From the NCBI GenBank assembly GCA_951804945.1, contig OX638164.1:7998001-8062000 (forward strand): 64,000 bases of DNA, written 5' to 3'. The notes below the pieces were generated by a model. The model was not told the origin of the DNA, made no database searches, and worked only from the letters and a program-made list of their open reading frames with translations. This stretch comes from Podarcis cretensis. Taxonomy: Eukaryota. Shown piece after piece: positions 1-13,481 of this stretch (position 1 is the first letter of the stretch; every line of letters begins with the position of its first letter). The translations under genes were made by a program, and so were the position numbers.

Positions 1-24
1 TCCATCCATAGCTACAGCAGGAAC

Positions 25-200
25 GGGGCTGTAGCTTTGTGGCACAGCACCTGCCTTACATGCAGAAGGTCCCAGATTTAACCCTCAGCATCTCCAGGTA
101 GGCCTGGGAAAGACTCCTTGTCTGAAATCCAGGAGAGCTGCTGCCAGTCAGTGTAGACAATACTGATATGAGTCAGTATAAAGCAGCTTCCTATGTCCCT
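25..200 (+). mobile_element. tRNA-derived SINE with CR1-type 3' end (common squamate family)
   Basis: tRNA-like head GGGGCTGTAGCT...TGCAGAAGGTCCCAGATTTAACCC, then ctgccagtcagtgtagacaatactga and a CR1-like tail agtcagtataaagcagcttcctatgt. Confidence 0.8.
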
Positions 201-3200
201 TTCCGCAGAAGACAGTGAAAACCTGGGTTGCAATTTTACCAAACGTAATGCTAGACTTCAGGCAGGCATACAGCAACCAGGGATAATCTGCGGATATATA
301 TATATATGGATGGTAAATCAAGGGGAAGTCATTTTATAGAATTTCAGAGGAAATAATTCAATGAGCATGAAGGTATGCACAAAGGGTGCAGGATGATGGC
401 AGCTGTCAGAGTTCTGATGCTAAGACCATCAACGGATTCTGCAGTTTTAAAATGTAACCAATAGAAAAAGAAGATGGTGATGATGAAGAAAAAGCCCCTT
501 GGCACATACGTTCACACACACTCATACGGCTAAATTCACACTCACTTGGCAGGGCAGTCTGGTATTGTTTGACGAGGCAACAGAGTTCCCATTGACCCAG
601 CCTGTGTGCCATTTGGCTTGCCGTATTCCATGCCGATTCCATGTCCCAGGTTAGATTTTAAAATGTCTCCCTATCAGTCTTTTCTAATAATCAAATCATT
701 TTGGACTGGGCATACACCAAACTTCAATTCTCTAGCGGTTGTAGACATGCACTTTGAGCCCTCACCCCATTTTTCAGAGAGGTGTATAAATGCCAGATTT
801 CTGTAGTAATTAGGATGCACTGAACTACATTTGCAATAAATTTTAGCTAAGTCATGCAGAAGTACCCTAACTATGTGATAACCTTTCTTAGCTAGAGGCT
901 TACCCACAACTGTCAGAATAAAAGGTAGCCCTGAATATACTCCCCCCCCCCACCGCAGCCTCAAGACTGATAATATGTTTTCCTTTCCTGCCTTCCCACT
1001 GAAATAAAGGACATTCCTATTTCTAATACTTGTCTTGATTTGGTCAGGCATCAAAGCAATTAATGCAACATTCCCCAAACTCCTGATAAGCAAAGCACTT
1101 TTTTCTGAATTAAAACTGGCAGCACACTTCATTGTCACATCTGAAAAGCTTTCCCTAGGGTAGCAAGAGCTGCTTGCCCTCAGAGGAATCTCTCTGCCGT
1201 TGCTTTCTGAGAATTCATGTTCAGAGCATACCTTCTATTTGGAAGAAGGCAAGCTAAGAGTCATAGCTCAAGCAGTGAGCAGGAATGGTTGCCCTTCAGC
1301 ATTCGAAGTGACCAACTGATTCAATCACACCCTGTGCAGAGCTTAAGGAAACTGACTATTCTCAGAGGAGGCTGACTGGAAGTGGGTCAGACCAGGGAGT
1401 CATACAGAGATGCAATGGACAGCCTCCTTTGTAAACTGGTAATTCTTATGACTCTGTATTGGCGTAGATTGGATCATTCAATCACACTCATAAAAATCAA
1501 TCATCAGTAGAATCCAACTGGAAGGATGACATGACCAGAACAATGGATCATGAAGAGAAACCACGTAGAAGCTCCTGGGGATATGGGCTCCAGCAGTGGC
1601 AGCAGGAAAAAACATTAAGGAGCGCACAGAAGGGCAATGTGTCTTTCTGAGTGGTGCGGGGGGTGTTATTCCACATATTAGATTTTGGAAAGGGGAAAAA
1701 ACAATATTTTTCTCTTTAAGACCTCCACCTAAAATGTATTTTCTCTGAAATAAGTCCTATTGATTTTGATGGAGTTAACCTTTCAAGGAAGCATGTTTAG
1801 GGCTGCAGCCTTATTTTAATTTCCAGTTCATGATTCAATCATAATTTGTGTGTGAAAGGAACATTTTATTTAAGTAACCACAATGAGTCCAGCACAAGGC
1901 TGGTGGTGGGGGCAGCTCCTTCCCTGCCCCTCCTGGTACCACTTGTGGGCTCAGTAGAGGCTTTAATATTATTTATTGTTTACTGGCACAGAGTATGGGA
2001 ATTCCTATTTTAGGGTCACCAAAACCTGGCTATAAACAACAAAATATTTTATCCACATCTCCAGCATAGAAATCTCACTGATATAATTGATCCTAATTAC
2101 CCAAGCCAAGGATATAAATGCAGTACTGGTTTGCTGTGCAGCTTCTGCTTAAGGCTTTATGAAAAGGCTATTGTATAAATAAATGATTGGATTCCCTATT
2201 CAACTTCTCTTTAGATCTGACAGCCTTAATTTTGATGCAAAGTAGCCCCTGCCACAGCACAGAAAAATTCACCACCGCCTCTGCTATGGTTTTATTTTAA
2301 AGGTAAATTTGATGATATCTGGTGTTCTGTTGGCCTTAAAAAAAGTTTTAAACAAAACTCCAAAAGCCCATTTACGCAGGTAACCATCAAAAACACTGTT
2401 TGTAGTTTTTTTTTATTAGTGTGGCTGTAATTAAAAGAGAATTTCACACACACACATACAAACAAAATCTTTAGCAGCACTTATCAAAACCCATCCCCGC
2501 AGCCTATCAATTAGGATTACAATAACCCCACTCCCCTGTTGCCTTGGCTATTAGCATTTTGATTGAATGTCTGTTGAAAAGTGACTGGAAACAGAAGATT
2601 GTGCTCGGAAAGTAATGTCACTTTATTCGCTTTCATTGAAGCTTGTCTAGTTGTCTCCAAGCCCAACTCAAAAGAGACAAGACAGTTCCAAAAAGCAGCA
2701 ATTTTTTTTGATGGTGAATTATTTATTCCCCCCACCTTCTCAAGGTGGGAGAGATTGGTTTATGGAAGGGGCACAAATGCTATTAAAGCACTTGACAGTA
2801 GAGGTCTTGTTCTGCTCAAAACCAGAATCAACTCGGAATTAGCTCATCCAAATGCTCAGCGTCCTGCAAAAAGCATACAGGGAAACAATGCTCCTCTTCC
2901 TCTGCCTGCTCCCAGCCACAAACCACCAAAAATACAACCCTAACAGTGGCCTTGGGTGAGTGACCTTCCAAGAGACTCTGTGCTAGCAAGCTATTTTCAG
3001 TGTTCGACACATGCTCCAACTGTCCCTGTTCACCAAAGACAGCCTCCATTTTCTGCTCCCAGTCCCTCGCTGTCTCCGTTTTTGTCTTTTGGGAATGACT
3101 TGTTGGTATGAGTTGCAATTCTTCAGGGTTCAACTCCTTCCCAAAGCTGTCCAGAAGACAAATCTCTGAAACTAGCTATAATAAAGCCCCTTGAAAGAGG

Positions 3201-3264
3201 GCTGGTTTGTAGCTGAAGACATCAGGCAAAAGAGTGGCCACATCCTCCCATGCAGATGGCCAGA

Positions 3265-3367
3265 TGGTGAAATGGGTAGAGTCTCAGACTATGACACAGG
3301 AGACCCAAATTAAAAGTCCAACTCAATCCTGGGGCTCACTTGCTGACCTTGAGCCAGTTGTTATCTC
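3265..3367 (+). mobile_element. MIR/Ther1-derived SINE (Squam3-like), degenerate
   Basis: ggtagagtctcagactatgacacaggagacccaaatt...gctcacttgctgaccttgagccagt resembles the MIR head and CORE. Confidence 0.6.
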
Positions 3368-3382
3368 ACCACACATGAGACA

Positions 3383-3492
3383 AAGGAAGTGGGCTTTCAT
3401 TGAATCAGATCACTGATCTGTCTAGTTCAGTATTTTCAACACTGACTAGTATCAGGTCTCAGACATTTTTCCAGTCCTTCCTGGAGATGCAG
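3383..3492 (-). mobile_element. Fragment of the same tRNA/CR1-tail SINE family as 25-200
   Basis: Reverse-complement similarity: tctagttcagtattttcaacactgact...cctggagatgc. Confidence 0.55.
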
Positions 3493-4068
3493 TTCTACCT
3501 CCACTGGGAGGCAATGCCTTTATCAAACCACTTTTAAAAGATTTACTGTCTCTCCAGCTTACTTTTAAGAATGCACACAAACTGGGAAAGCGACGGAAAT
3601 GGACGTGAGATGCTGTGGACTCTTGTGCAGTTGCCTTTCAGGGTCATAGTTGCAGACAGAAAATTCTGCAGGTGCACTGCACCCAACACTCATGAAAAAT
3701 AACCTATGATTACGGAACTCTTCACCCTCACATCAAGCAAGTGGCATTGTTTCCTTCTTCTCCTTTATGTCTCCCATCTGCTTTGTTTTGTTTCTGGTCT
3801 TGCATCACAGTCCCAGCAACGAACTGAGGAAGACCTAGCAGAAATGATGATCCAACTTGCTGTCAGCTTTGCTAAGGTCACCTTGATTGCTCTGGCTAGG
3901 TCCCTCCACCCCCTTTCACTAGAGCAGCAGTTCTTCCCACCCATTCAAGATCTCCCGCTTCCTCTCCCTTCCATCTCACCCTCACAACCGTCTCCCCACC
4001 CAGCAACAACTCCGTTATAATGGTATCTGGCAGCACCCTTTCCCCCCATCACCACCACCCATCTATAT

Positions 4069-4072
<4 letters not shown>

Positions 4073-4102
<30 letters not shown>
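4073..4102. repeat. (AG)n microsatellite
   Basis: Seen directly. Confidence 0.95.
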
Positions 4103-4104
<2 letters not shown>

Positions 4105-4245
4105 CGTATTTATCAAAGATTTCAAGGGAAAGATATGAAAAGACAAGTAAATTGTCATAGAGGGAAATAATGTATAAGTGCACAGTATTTTACAAATGAA
4201 AACAATAAAAAATCAGACAGTAGGATTATATAAACCAAGTATGCA

Positions 4246-4246
4246 T

Positions 4247-4284
<38 letters not shown>
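4246..4284. repeat. Compound (TG)n(GA)n microsatellite
   Basis: Seen directly. Confidence 0.95.
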
Positions 4285-4285
<1 letters not shown>

Positions 4286-4339
4286 GGGGGGGAGGGAGGG
4301 ATCTGGATTGTGCAGGAGAGATTGCAATTCTTTTGCCAA

Positions 4340-4500
4340 TAATAATAATTTTTAAAATAATGTTATTCTTTATATGCCGCCCATTTGACTGGGTTGCGCC
4401 AGCCACTCTGGGCGGCTCCTGACAGATATCAAAAACACTCGAAAACATCAAACAATAATAACTTCCCTTTACAGGGCTGCCTTCAGATGTCTTCTAAAAG
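4340..4500 (-). mobile_element. L2 LINE 3' end fragment (same family as 35402-36068)
   Basis: Shares ccgcccat..gg..gggt....ccagccactctgggcggct and aacttccct..acagggctgcctt.agatgtcttct with the L2 copy at 35.4 kb. Confidence 0.8.
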
Positions 4501-5289
4501 ATCCTTGAGCACATGGAAATGTAAACACACACAAACACAATTTTATCTGACTGTCTCCTCAGGTGAAATATATTTTGCAAGTTTTTAAAATGATACAACA
4601 CTCTCCAGAGCCTATTTGCCAGAGGAAAAGGTGGGAGGGATGTGTATATTACAAACAGAAAATTCCCTTTTCAAATCACTGTCAGTTCCATAATATACTC
4701 CATACTATATCCATTCTGATCATACCAGTTGTATCTATGGCAATATATTTAAATCCATACAAACTACAACAACAGGAGCTAGTTTGGTTTTCTGAGCACA
4801 GGTTCCAAGCCTGACAAGGGGAGTTCACCCTATGGCTATTTTCAACTTACTTTGGACATCACCTTCTGTGTTTGCCAAGCGTCATGTAGATATGAACAAG
4901 AGTTTGAGTGCAAGATTCTGCCATGAATGTGGGTCTCTTCCTGTTCCAGAGAGGAAGATACCTCAGCTCAAGGCTTGCTAACAATTAGGCAAAACACAAC
5001 TCTCTTGCCCATTGCTACTGAAGACAGGAAAACAGACGGGCAGCAATTTAAACTCCTTAGACCCCAGTTGCCTTTTAATTTTACAATCACACTAAACTTC
5101 TATCCATTTTTTTACGTCAACTCCATGGGAAAAAAATCTGTTTCCCCACCAAACTCCGAAATAGTCAACTATGCACTGCTCCAATGATTGCAATGGGACT
5201 TCAACAGGCTCCACGTCCTCTGAATTTAGCAGTTACAAACGTGGTTGAACTATGTTTTGTTCCTCTCTCACATTTGTATTGTAAACTCC

Positions 5290-5445
5290 CCTCCAAGTAG
5301 CTCAGAACACAACCCCATGACACAGGCACAGTTGTGAATGAGAATGGCTGAGCCAAGGTCACCCAGGTGAGTTTCAGACCCATTCAAACCCAAGTATCCT
5401 CAAGCTCAAGTCCAGCACACTGATCATAACACCACACTGGCTCTC
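5290..5445 (-). mobile_element. MIR/Ther1-derived SINE (Squam3-like)
   Basis: caaggtcacccaggtgagtttca...ttcaaacccaag...tccagcacact...acaccacactggctctc is the reverse complement of a GAGAGCCAGTGTGGTGT head. Confidence 0.7.
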
Positions 5446-5576
5446 CATTAGACTTATTCCAGAGTTCATCCACCAAAGTGCCATTCTGTCTTCCTCAGTG
5501 TGATACCTAATTAATCAAGCATCTGATTGGTTTGGATACTAGGTCAATGAGCACTGCATAACATAAACATCATATA

Positions 5577-5815
5577 TAGTTGCACCCTGGTTGTCGAACG
5601 GAATCTGTTCCGGAAGTCCGTTCGACTTCCAAAACGTTCGCAAACCAAGGTGCGGCTTCTGATTGGCTGACTGGCCCCGGAAACAATGCCAACAGCCGAA
5701 ACGTACATTCAACTTCCAAAAAGTGTTTGCAAACAGTAACATTTATTTCCGGGTTTGCTGTGTTTGGAGCTGAAGCATCTGCGTACCAAGGGGTTCGAAA
5801 ACCAAGGTATGACTG
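5577..5815. mobile_element. Tc1/mariner (pogo/Tigger-like) MITE
   Basis: TA-flanked, with imperfect TIRs tagttgcaccctggttgtcgaac / gttcgaaaaccaaggtatgactg and internal gttcg...aa repeats. Confidence 0.75.
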
Positions 5816-8800
5816 TACTGTATTTCAGAGCCCTAAGCCATTGAAAATTGGTACTGACAGCCATCATAGCACTGCAGTCGAAGCCCTCCCTTTCTCTCTA
5901 CCCTTATATAGAACAGTCTCTGTGGCAAAATTTTCTAGGAAAGAAATTACTGATGGCAGTTTCCACTTGGCTGACAATAGACTCCGGTCTAGTCTGCTTC
6001 CCTTGCAAGCCTCACACTCCCACTTAACTGCACAAATAAACTTAAGAGATTTACATACATCTTATGTATACAGGCCTCCTGGTTCATGAGGTATATGGCG
6101 CAGGAGGATAGATTGTGACCATTTTGGAAAAGAGGTTCTACAGACATACCCAAACCTGTACATCTATCTATTTTCCCTCCATTCCAAGCTCTGCCTTCTA
6201 TATCTTCCAAGTAGAAATTTCCACCAGAAATTCATGTGGATGTTAATTACAGAGACAGGACTGTTGAGGGCAAATGTTAAAGGTAATTTGAGGGGTGGGG
6301 GAGAAACTATGTATGCCACCTTGGTCTCCTTGGAGGAAAGATGGGATGGACTGTGCTATGGCAACTGCCTATCCTGATTTCATCTTGGCCTTCTTTCCAG
6401 GAAGTGTGGAGAAACACAGAGTAGGGAAAATGAATGGGCACAATGGGAGAAAAGAAGGGTAAGGACAACAGGTAACTGTTGCTGATCCTAATTCTTTACA
6501 AGGCTAGTATATATATGCATCCCTATGAGTATGGATATAGGATATTTACATTTCTTGTACACCCTGAGAAAGAAATACACAAAAAGGAAAGTGGTAACAA
6601 GATAACTGGCAGAATCAGAAGATTCAGGAGTTATACCGGATTGCAAACAGAATCTACCAAGTTCTTTTCTGGTGCAAAAGACTCTAGGAAAAAATACATT
6701 TTAAACAGCACAATTGTAATGCATGTTTACAGTGAGGTTTACTCCTCAGCATAGGGCTGCAGTCCTAAAGTGTGATTCTCCTCTCTGCCCGCCTTCAACA
6801 TCTTGGCCTGTGGCACTGGAGCAACGTACTCAAGTCCTTTCAAAAATACACAATAAAAGAGACAGACTGACAAATGTGAAACTGGTTTGGCTTTGTTCGG
6901 TAAGTAGCAGCTGCACCAAGATGACGAGAGCAGCTGTGGGTCTGAAATTAGCCATTCTATGAAGAAATGGATTTGATAAATAATAAAATAGTGGTATTAG
7001 CAACAGATGCTTTGCACATCAGATGACTCTGAACATATGCAACAACTGTGGGTCATAATTTGGGGGTGGGAGAGACATGTCTACCAACATGCAAGCGTGA
7101 AAGTACATTAAAGTGCTTTATATATTTGACGCATACAGACAACACTGTTTGCTTCTGTCCACACCATTAGTACTACCAACATTATTAGTTTAGCTTTTAA
7201 AAGCAAAACAAGAACAGAAGATTGGGGGGGGGGGTGAGAAGAGAAAAACAGGTTTCTATGAGGAAAAACTCCTAAGGTGAAAAGTGAGACCTTGGCCAGC
7301 TGACCAGGAATTTGAGTCAACCACTCTATAATTTGCACTATCCATAGTTTTCTCATAAGGACTAGAATCTTCCTTTAAAAAACGCTGAAAGCTGAGTTCC
7401 CCACCCCATAATCTCTCCATAGCCATGGATTCTGTACCTGAGGCTGCATGGATAGTTTCATGGTATTTAATTATTGGATGACACTGAATTTAGATGTGTC
7501 TGTGTTGGGTCAGGAGTTTCCTGCTCTGTTGTTGTTTAAGAGACACAATGAAATTTTCTTGCTAGATTCCTGAGTGTAGTGTTCTCTACACTTTCTATGA
7601 CCGGGACTATACTTCATGCGGTGTGTGATTGCAGCCACATTGATTTCAAGATTCACAGCACCAGCTTTCTAGAAAATGTAAGTGTACAAAAGCAACAGGG
7701 TTAGGAAGAAGCCCAGCCCATTATTAAAGAAACAGAAGGTAGTATATAAATGGTTCATTCCATGTGGCAATAACACAGTTGTAGCTTGGGGATTTAATTA
7801 CCAGATAACCTCCTTGGGATCTGCCCTGCACAAGGAGCCACAAATGCAGGTCCACTGCGTATGGTGTGTTTTGATAAACATGGAAAAAATTGGCAGGGCT
7901 GGGAAAGGGGACAGGATAGCAAACCTCTGGTGGGAACAGGTTTACTCATTTATTTGCACCCGAAGATGACATATTAAACTAAGTGGTTAAGAAAGAATAA
8001 AAGACATGACTCATAGGCAACCTGAATTAATGCTAGCGCAGATAAAGCCTCTCTTAATGATGCAACAGGCTGCTTTCTAAAGTAAGTTATTTTTAGGGGG
8101 GTGAGGTGGAATCAACACAAAGAGACATTAACCCAATTGTTAACTGAGAGCCAACATTATTTCATGTTCCGTTCAGAAAGTAGCAAAATGATGCCATCAT
8201 TCATACTAGGACTCTGACCTCCATGGAGACAGAAGGATTTTTTTAAAAAAGCCACTTCTAAATTACACATTTGGAAACAGAAATAAGTCAGATTTTAATC
8301 CTCAGCCTTCAAAGCCTCTCCTTCACAGCTCAATGGCTTGAGCCATGCAAGCAAGCACTAGCCTTTTTCCAATTCAGCTCCTGCTGTATCCCAAATTTAT
8401 TTTTGAAGCATTCAGCAGCATCAGGAAAGCTAATATAATGACGGAGGAAAAGAGGATCTCAAACTCTGTCACAGGTGTATCCTTCAGAGAGAAGAAAGAT
8501 TCAGTCTTCCTATGCTGAGCCACACTTCCATGTAGCAGTTATAACATGGATAATTGCAGAGCCAGAGTCAGCACAGACACGGAAACTGCTTGCACAGCCT
8601 AAGGCAAACTGGCACCCTCCAGATCTTTTGGGGTACACTGATGGGACTTGTAGTCCAAAGCATGAGGGGGACACCAGATTGGTGGAGATTGGTGTACACC
8701 ATGGTGGCAGTCCATGCTGCTGAGCCACTCTCATGTGTTACGGCCACTTTCTTGAGCCACGCTGTTATGAGGAAGCTTCTCCAATGTTACCTCCTGTTGC

Positions 8801-10476
8801 TTTGTGGTCAAGGAAGTCGACAAAAAGGCTTCCATTATCCCTCAATATTTCCCTTAAAAAAATAAAAAAAAAGGTGGCAGATTCACCACATCTGCTTGCA
8901 GAACATAAATACGAGTCGGCTTTCTTTTTACCAAACCCATTAAAAACCACACTCAGAAATGACAACGTAGAACAAATTGTTCAGTATGTTAAAATGTTTT
9001 ATGTAACATTTTCCTCGATGCTGGAGGGGATCTGCCTGTTTTCTCAAGGCTGCCTGCTGATTTATTACACTTGGCATCTTTAATACCACTCACTGCATTA
9101 AATCTGTCTATGTAAATGTTGCATTTTGTTCTTTCCCTTCGTGAGCACTTGGATTTCTACCAATTAATGTTTTGAAACCGTCCCACATGACTTGAAAACG
9201 CAACCTGATAATATCTCCGCTTTTATAGTTCTGAGATGGTACAAACAGCAATAATGCTCCATGAATTAATTCATAACATAGAGGTAGTAGGGGAGATATG
9301 TCCCAGTTTAAATCTAGAGAACACCACAGGATATTCTTCCTGTGCAGGACCTGAAGTAATTCATTATGATTCTGCACACAGTTTCTGGTAAACCTCTTAA
9401 GAGTAAAGTAAGTCTGCCAGATAATGGAAACGGCACTTCTTTGTATCTTAAGCAACAAGACCCTTAAAGCTCATCCTTCATACTGGAGAACACTTGGAAG
9501 AAGTTACATTAAGGTTGTTTCTGGACAGCACTTTTTATTTTAAAAAACTACAAAATGTCAAGGTTTCCAGTTATGGACAGGTTTACTCACCATCACTTTA
9601 GAAAAACAAAACAAACGTTTCTGTATTGATTCTTTTTTCTCTGGCTGCCTTCTGGAGATTCCTGCTTGCCTCATGCCTCCAAATTTCTGGAAGTGATTTC
9701 CCTTCATTACGGATCTTATATTTAGCAATAAGGTATGACAGCCAACATGAAAAATGGCAATTATTCTGCACCCCAGGTAGCACTGCACAGCATAGGAGGG
9801 GAGAGGTCAAGTGAATGGAATCACTAAAGATGTTCACTAATCTTCAGATTAGTCTTTAGTATGTTTACATGGAAAGGTTGCACAGAAGTGATCTAAGATT
9901 TTATTATAACAACTTAGGACCAAACAGGTAGTTGCAATGGCCTTATGTGCACATCACTTGAAACCACAGTTAAATTAAAGGATGGTTTAAAGGTGAATAT
10001 GCAGCATGCTAGTGCATGCTGCTAAAACCAGGAGCATTTCAATCCTCCTCCGCTCTTGCTGTGCTGCTAGGAGCTGAGCCATGGTTTGGCTTACCATGAC
10101 ATCTGAACCAGGGCTAACGGTTTGTTTCCTCAAACCGACTACAAAAGGAACTTACGACTTTTCTTTTGGTGGCGGCATGACTACTCATAGCACAGAATCA
10201 GAAAGGACTTGAGCATCTACATATCACACGATAGTGACAGACTGTATGGACAATTGCTTTATCTGAAAAATTTACAAGAAAAGTGTGTACGCTTTGAATA
10301 GCAAACATGATGCAGATGTTAACAAAATATGAGACCCTTTTACAAGATTTTCTAATGAATGTTTCAACAACTGGCATCCACCAAGTTCACTAACAAGGTT
10401 ATGTCAAGATCTGATAAACTGATCATCTGGGAAATGGGAACTTCTGCATTATGTTTATAATCTTTTGAAAATTTAG

Positions 10477-10478
<2 letters not shown>

Positions 10479-10511
<33 letters not shown>
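10479..10511. repeat. (CA)n microsatellite
   Basis: Seen directly. Confidence 0.95.
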
Positions 10512-10512
<1 letters not shown>

Positions 10513-12074
10513 CCATCCAACCAAACAAGTTCAGGTAACACCTCATTGTTTTGTCTGGAGAGAAACAAACCACAAACCAAGGTTCTGATGTGATGCTAAG
10601 CCAGACCATGGCTTAGCTTCCAGCAGTGCAACGTCAGAAGGCATAGGGGAAGAAGCAAAGTGCCTGTAATTTTAGCAACTTATGTTACCACATTCACATT
10701 TAAAACCATTTACTTTGGCCAAGCTCCTTTTGGGAGGGACGAATGGCTATAAATGTAATAATAAATATATCGATTTGACCAGGTTTTTAGTTTGCACAGA
10801 AAAGGAGTTATGAATCTTAAATAAAACCTGAGTCAGAATTGCTCCAAATTCTAGTATGCCAAAGTCTGTCAAACAGACTTTTAAACATGGAGCAACATCA
10901 GAATGCACCAGGCTGGCCTGATAGCATGCATGGTTGCCATCAGCACAGCAGGGAGCCATCACCTCCCTCCCTACATGAAATTGATGATGTAATGATAGCT
11001 ATTGGAACAAGCTGGTCAGGAGGAAAAGGATATGAAAACAAATATAGAACCAAAGATCTAATGGGAGGCAGTCTTGATGGCTACTCCAGTTTGGCTGGCA
11101 TGAAGAAAACTGAAACAAGAGAGGGCTTCAAGTCCTTAATGAATCCTTGCTTAATTTCCTCTCTTAATTTCCAATTAAATAACATTAATGAAAAGCACCA
11201 GGTTTCTCAACCCTGGTGGAAAATGAATTAAATGGTGAAATAGATGGGAACGAGTGTGAATCGTCAACTTCTCTGCAGCTTGTGCAACCAGTGGACACTA
11301 TTCATGCAAGAGAAGAGAGAGTTTTCTGCCAGTTTTGACACTGCCACCTCTGATCTGGAAACAAAGCTGTTCCCTGTGGATCAGAGAATGACTACAGCCA
11401 CTATACCTTCTGTGGGGTATACACAAGCAAATTGCTGGACAAGGGCATTTATGATGACAGCCATTAAGCATCACATACAGTAGAAGTTCTTTACAACACC
11501 AATACTTTATAAGGAATCTTTGTACAGTGCTTAGAGTGCATGTAAATATGCCAGGTGGCATAACCACAAGTCAAGATCTATAAACCCAGGTAGGATTTAT
11601 AGTATATCAAATCTTGCCATATGAAGGGACCTCAGCAGCTTGTGCTGCTGTATAAACACTTCCAGCCATATTTTCATTTTGAAATTACATTTTATGAATA
11701 AGTTTCTGAAACAAGGTGTGCCCACAATACCAATTGGTGCATACTTGTTGAGAGGTATAAAATTCCATTTGTTCATTAATGGTCCTTCTGTGTCTACATA
11801 GTCCTTCTGATTCCTTATTCCCCTCCCTACCGTGCCATTATAAGATTTAACAGCAAAAACCCCCACCACTCATCAACAGTAATTTTTAAAGGCTTCCTAC
11901 AACTCTTCATTTTCCAGGTTTCTTTATGAGATAATATACACTATCCAAACCATGCTCCTTTTTTCACTGGCAACCCATTCCTTCTTACTGAAGCCTCAGA
12001 AGGCACACATTGATTTTCTGAATTTGCCCTAATACTTGCAAGCAGCAGCGCACCCAACATTCCAAAAATGCTAT

Positions 12075-12245
12075 GTAGGGCTGGAGAGACCTGGGTTCAA
12101 ATTCCCTCTTGGACATGAAGCTTCCTGGATGGCCTCTGAGAACAAGGCATGGTCCCTCAACCCAAGCTACTTCATAGGTTTGTTGCAAGAAGTGTATACC
12201 ACATGTGCACAGCTCCTTGGAGGATGGTCAAGGTGGGAAAGTGTT
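12075..12245 (+). mobile_element. MIR/Ther1-derived SINE (Squam3-like)
   Basis: ggagagacctgggttcaaattccctcttggacatgaagctt (B box), then CORE-like caacccaagctacttcataggtttgttg. Confidence 0.65.
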
Positions 12246-12911
12246 AATTTTTCAGCGACTGTTAAATGGAACCAAGGGTCACTTGAAGGTATGCGCAAGA
12301 CCTGTGATTTAGCAGCAGAATTTGGAAGGCAAGAAAGAACTCCGTCACAAGCAACTTAAGGCTACTGCCAAATTAGGCAATGGAACTGCCTCTTCTAAAT
12401 CCATTTGTTGGTAAACTTCTGCAGGATCTTTCTTTAAATTTTTTTTAAAATGCATGACTTTGTTTTGCTTGAGCCAAACAGCAATAAACAAACAACGGCA
12501 GCAATTCTTAATCATCTTTATATAGTGTAGATAAAAACGTCAATTAGAATTTCAGAGGTCGGCTACAGAAGTGAATTCCTGGCATCCGTACAGAACAATG
12601 AAAGGCTATTTTTCTCCTTAGAAAAACATTATCCTGAGCCGGAGCTTAGACAATATCTCACCAACAACATCATTCCTGTCTCCTTCAATAAACAGAGTGA
12701 TTACACCAACTGGCCATACCTAGACAATTACTTTTATTTATCAAGATTTGCTGGAAGCCAAATTCCTCGTCTTTCTTTAAAAGCAAAATCCAAAGGAAGG
12801 GAGGGGGGAGGGAGGGAGGGAGGGAGGGTGATGATATGGGGCAGAGAGGGATTGCTGAAGGGTTACACCGCTAAACTAAGCTGAAATTCCCTTTTACAGT
12901 ATCTGAGACAC

Positions 12912-12944
<33 letters not shown>

Positions 12945-13423
12945 ACCCAGTAGAATCAGGGCTTGTCTGAACAAGTGTTCCTAGTTTGCTTAAAGCGTAA
13001 CTGCTGAGAGTGAGCAGAAAGTAGATAGGAGATGGTGAGTAATAAGTGTCTGGGTGAGAAACGAGTGCAGCAGGGTAGAAAGGGAGGGTTGTATCCAATG
13101 CTGTGTGAGCAGTCTCGCTTGTGCAATGGCACTTCCTCTTCTGTCCCGGTGTGCTCCCAAAATCTGCTCCAGAGATTCCCCCGGCTTTTGCCGGGAGTGG
13201 GGGCAGGGGGAGCTGCTGCATAGGAGAGCAGAGGAGGGGGAAGTTCTGTTGCAGAAGTGGAAGTCTGCTGTGTGAGTGGAATGGCAACATTCAATACCAA
13301 TCTAGAATCTGGGACCACTAAACTTGCAAGGCTATCTCCTCATGACCAGGACCCTGCTGCCTGATCCTCCCTGCATCCCTACAGCATCAAGACCTCCACC
13401 TTCTTTTTGCCTGACTATTCCTG

Positions 13424-13481
13424 GGGGTTGGACTAGATGACCCTCGTAGCCACTTCCCACTGCAATTCTATGATTCTATGA
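13424..13481 (+). mobile_element. CR1-type 3' tail fragment
   Basis: ggggttggactagatgaccc...ttctatgattctatga, with the CR1 terminal 8-mer repeat. Confidence 0.7.
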
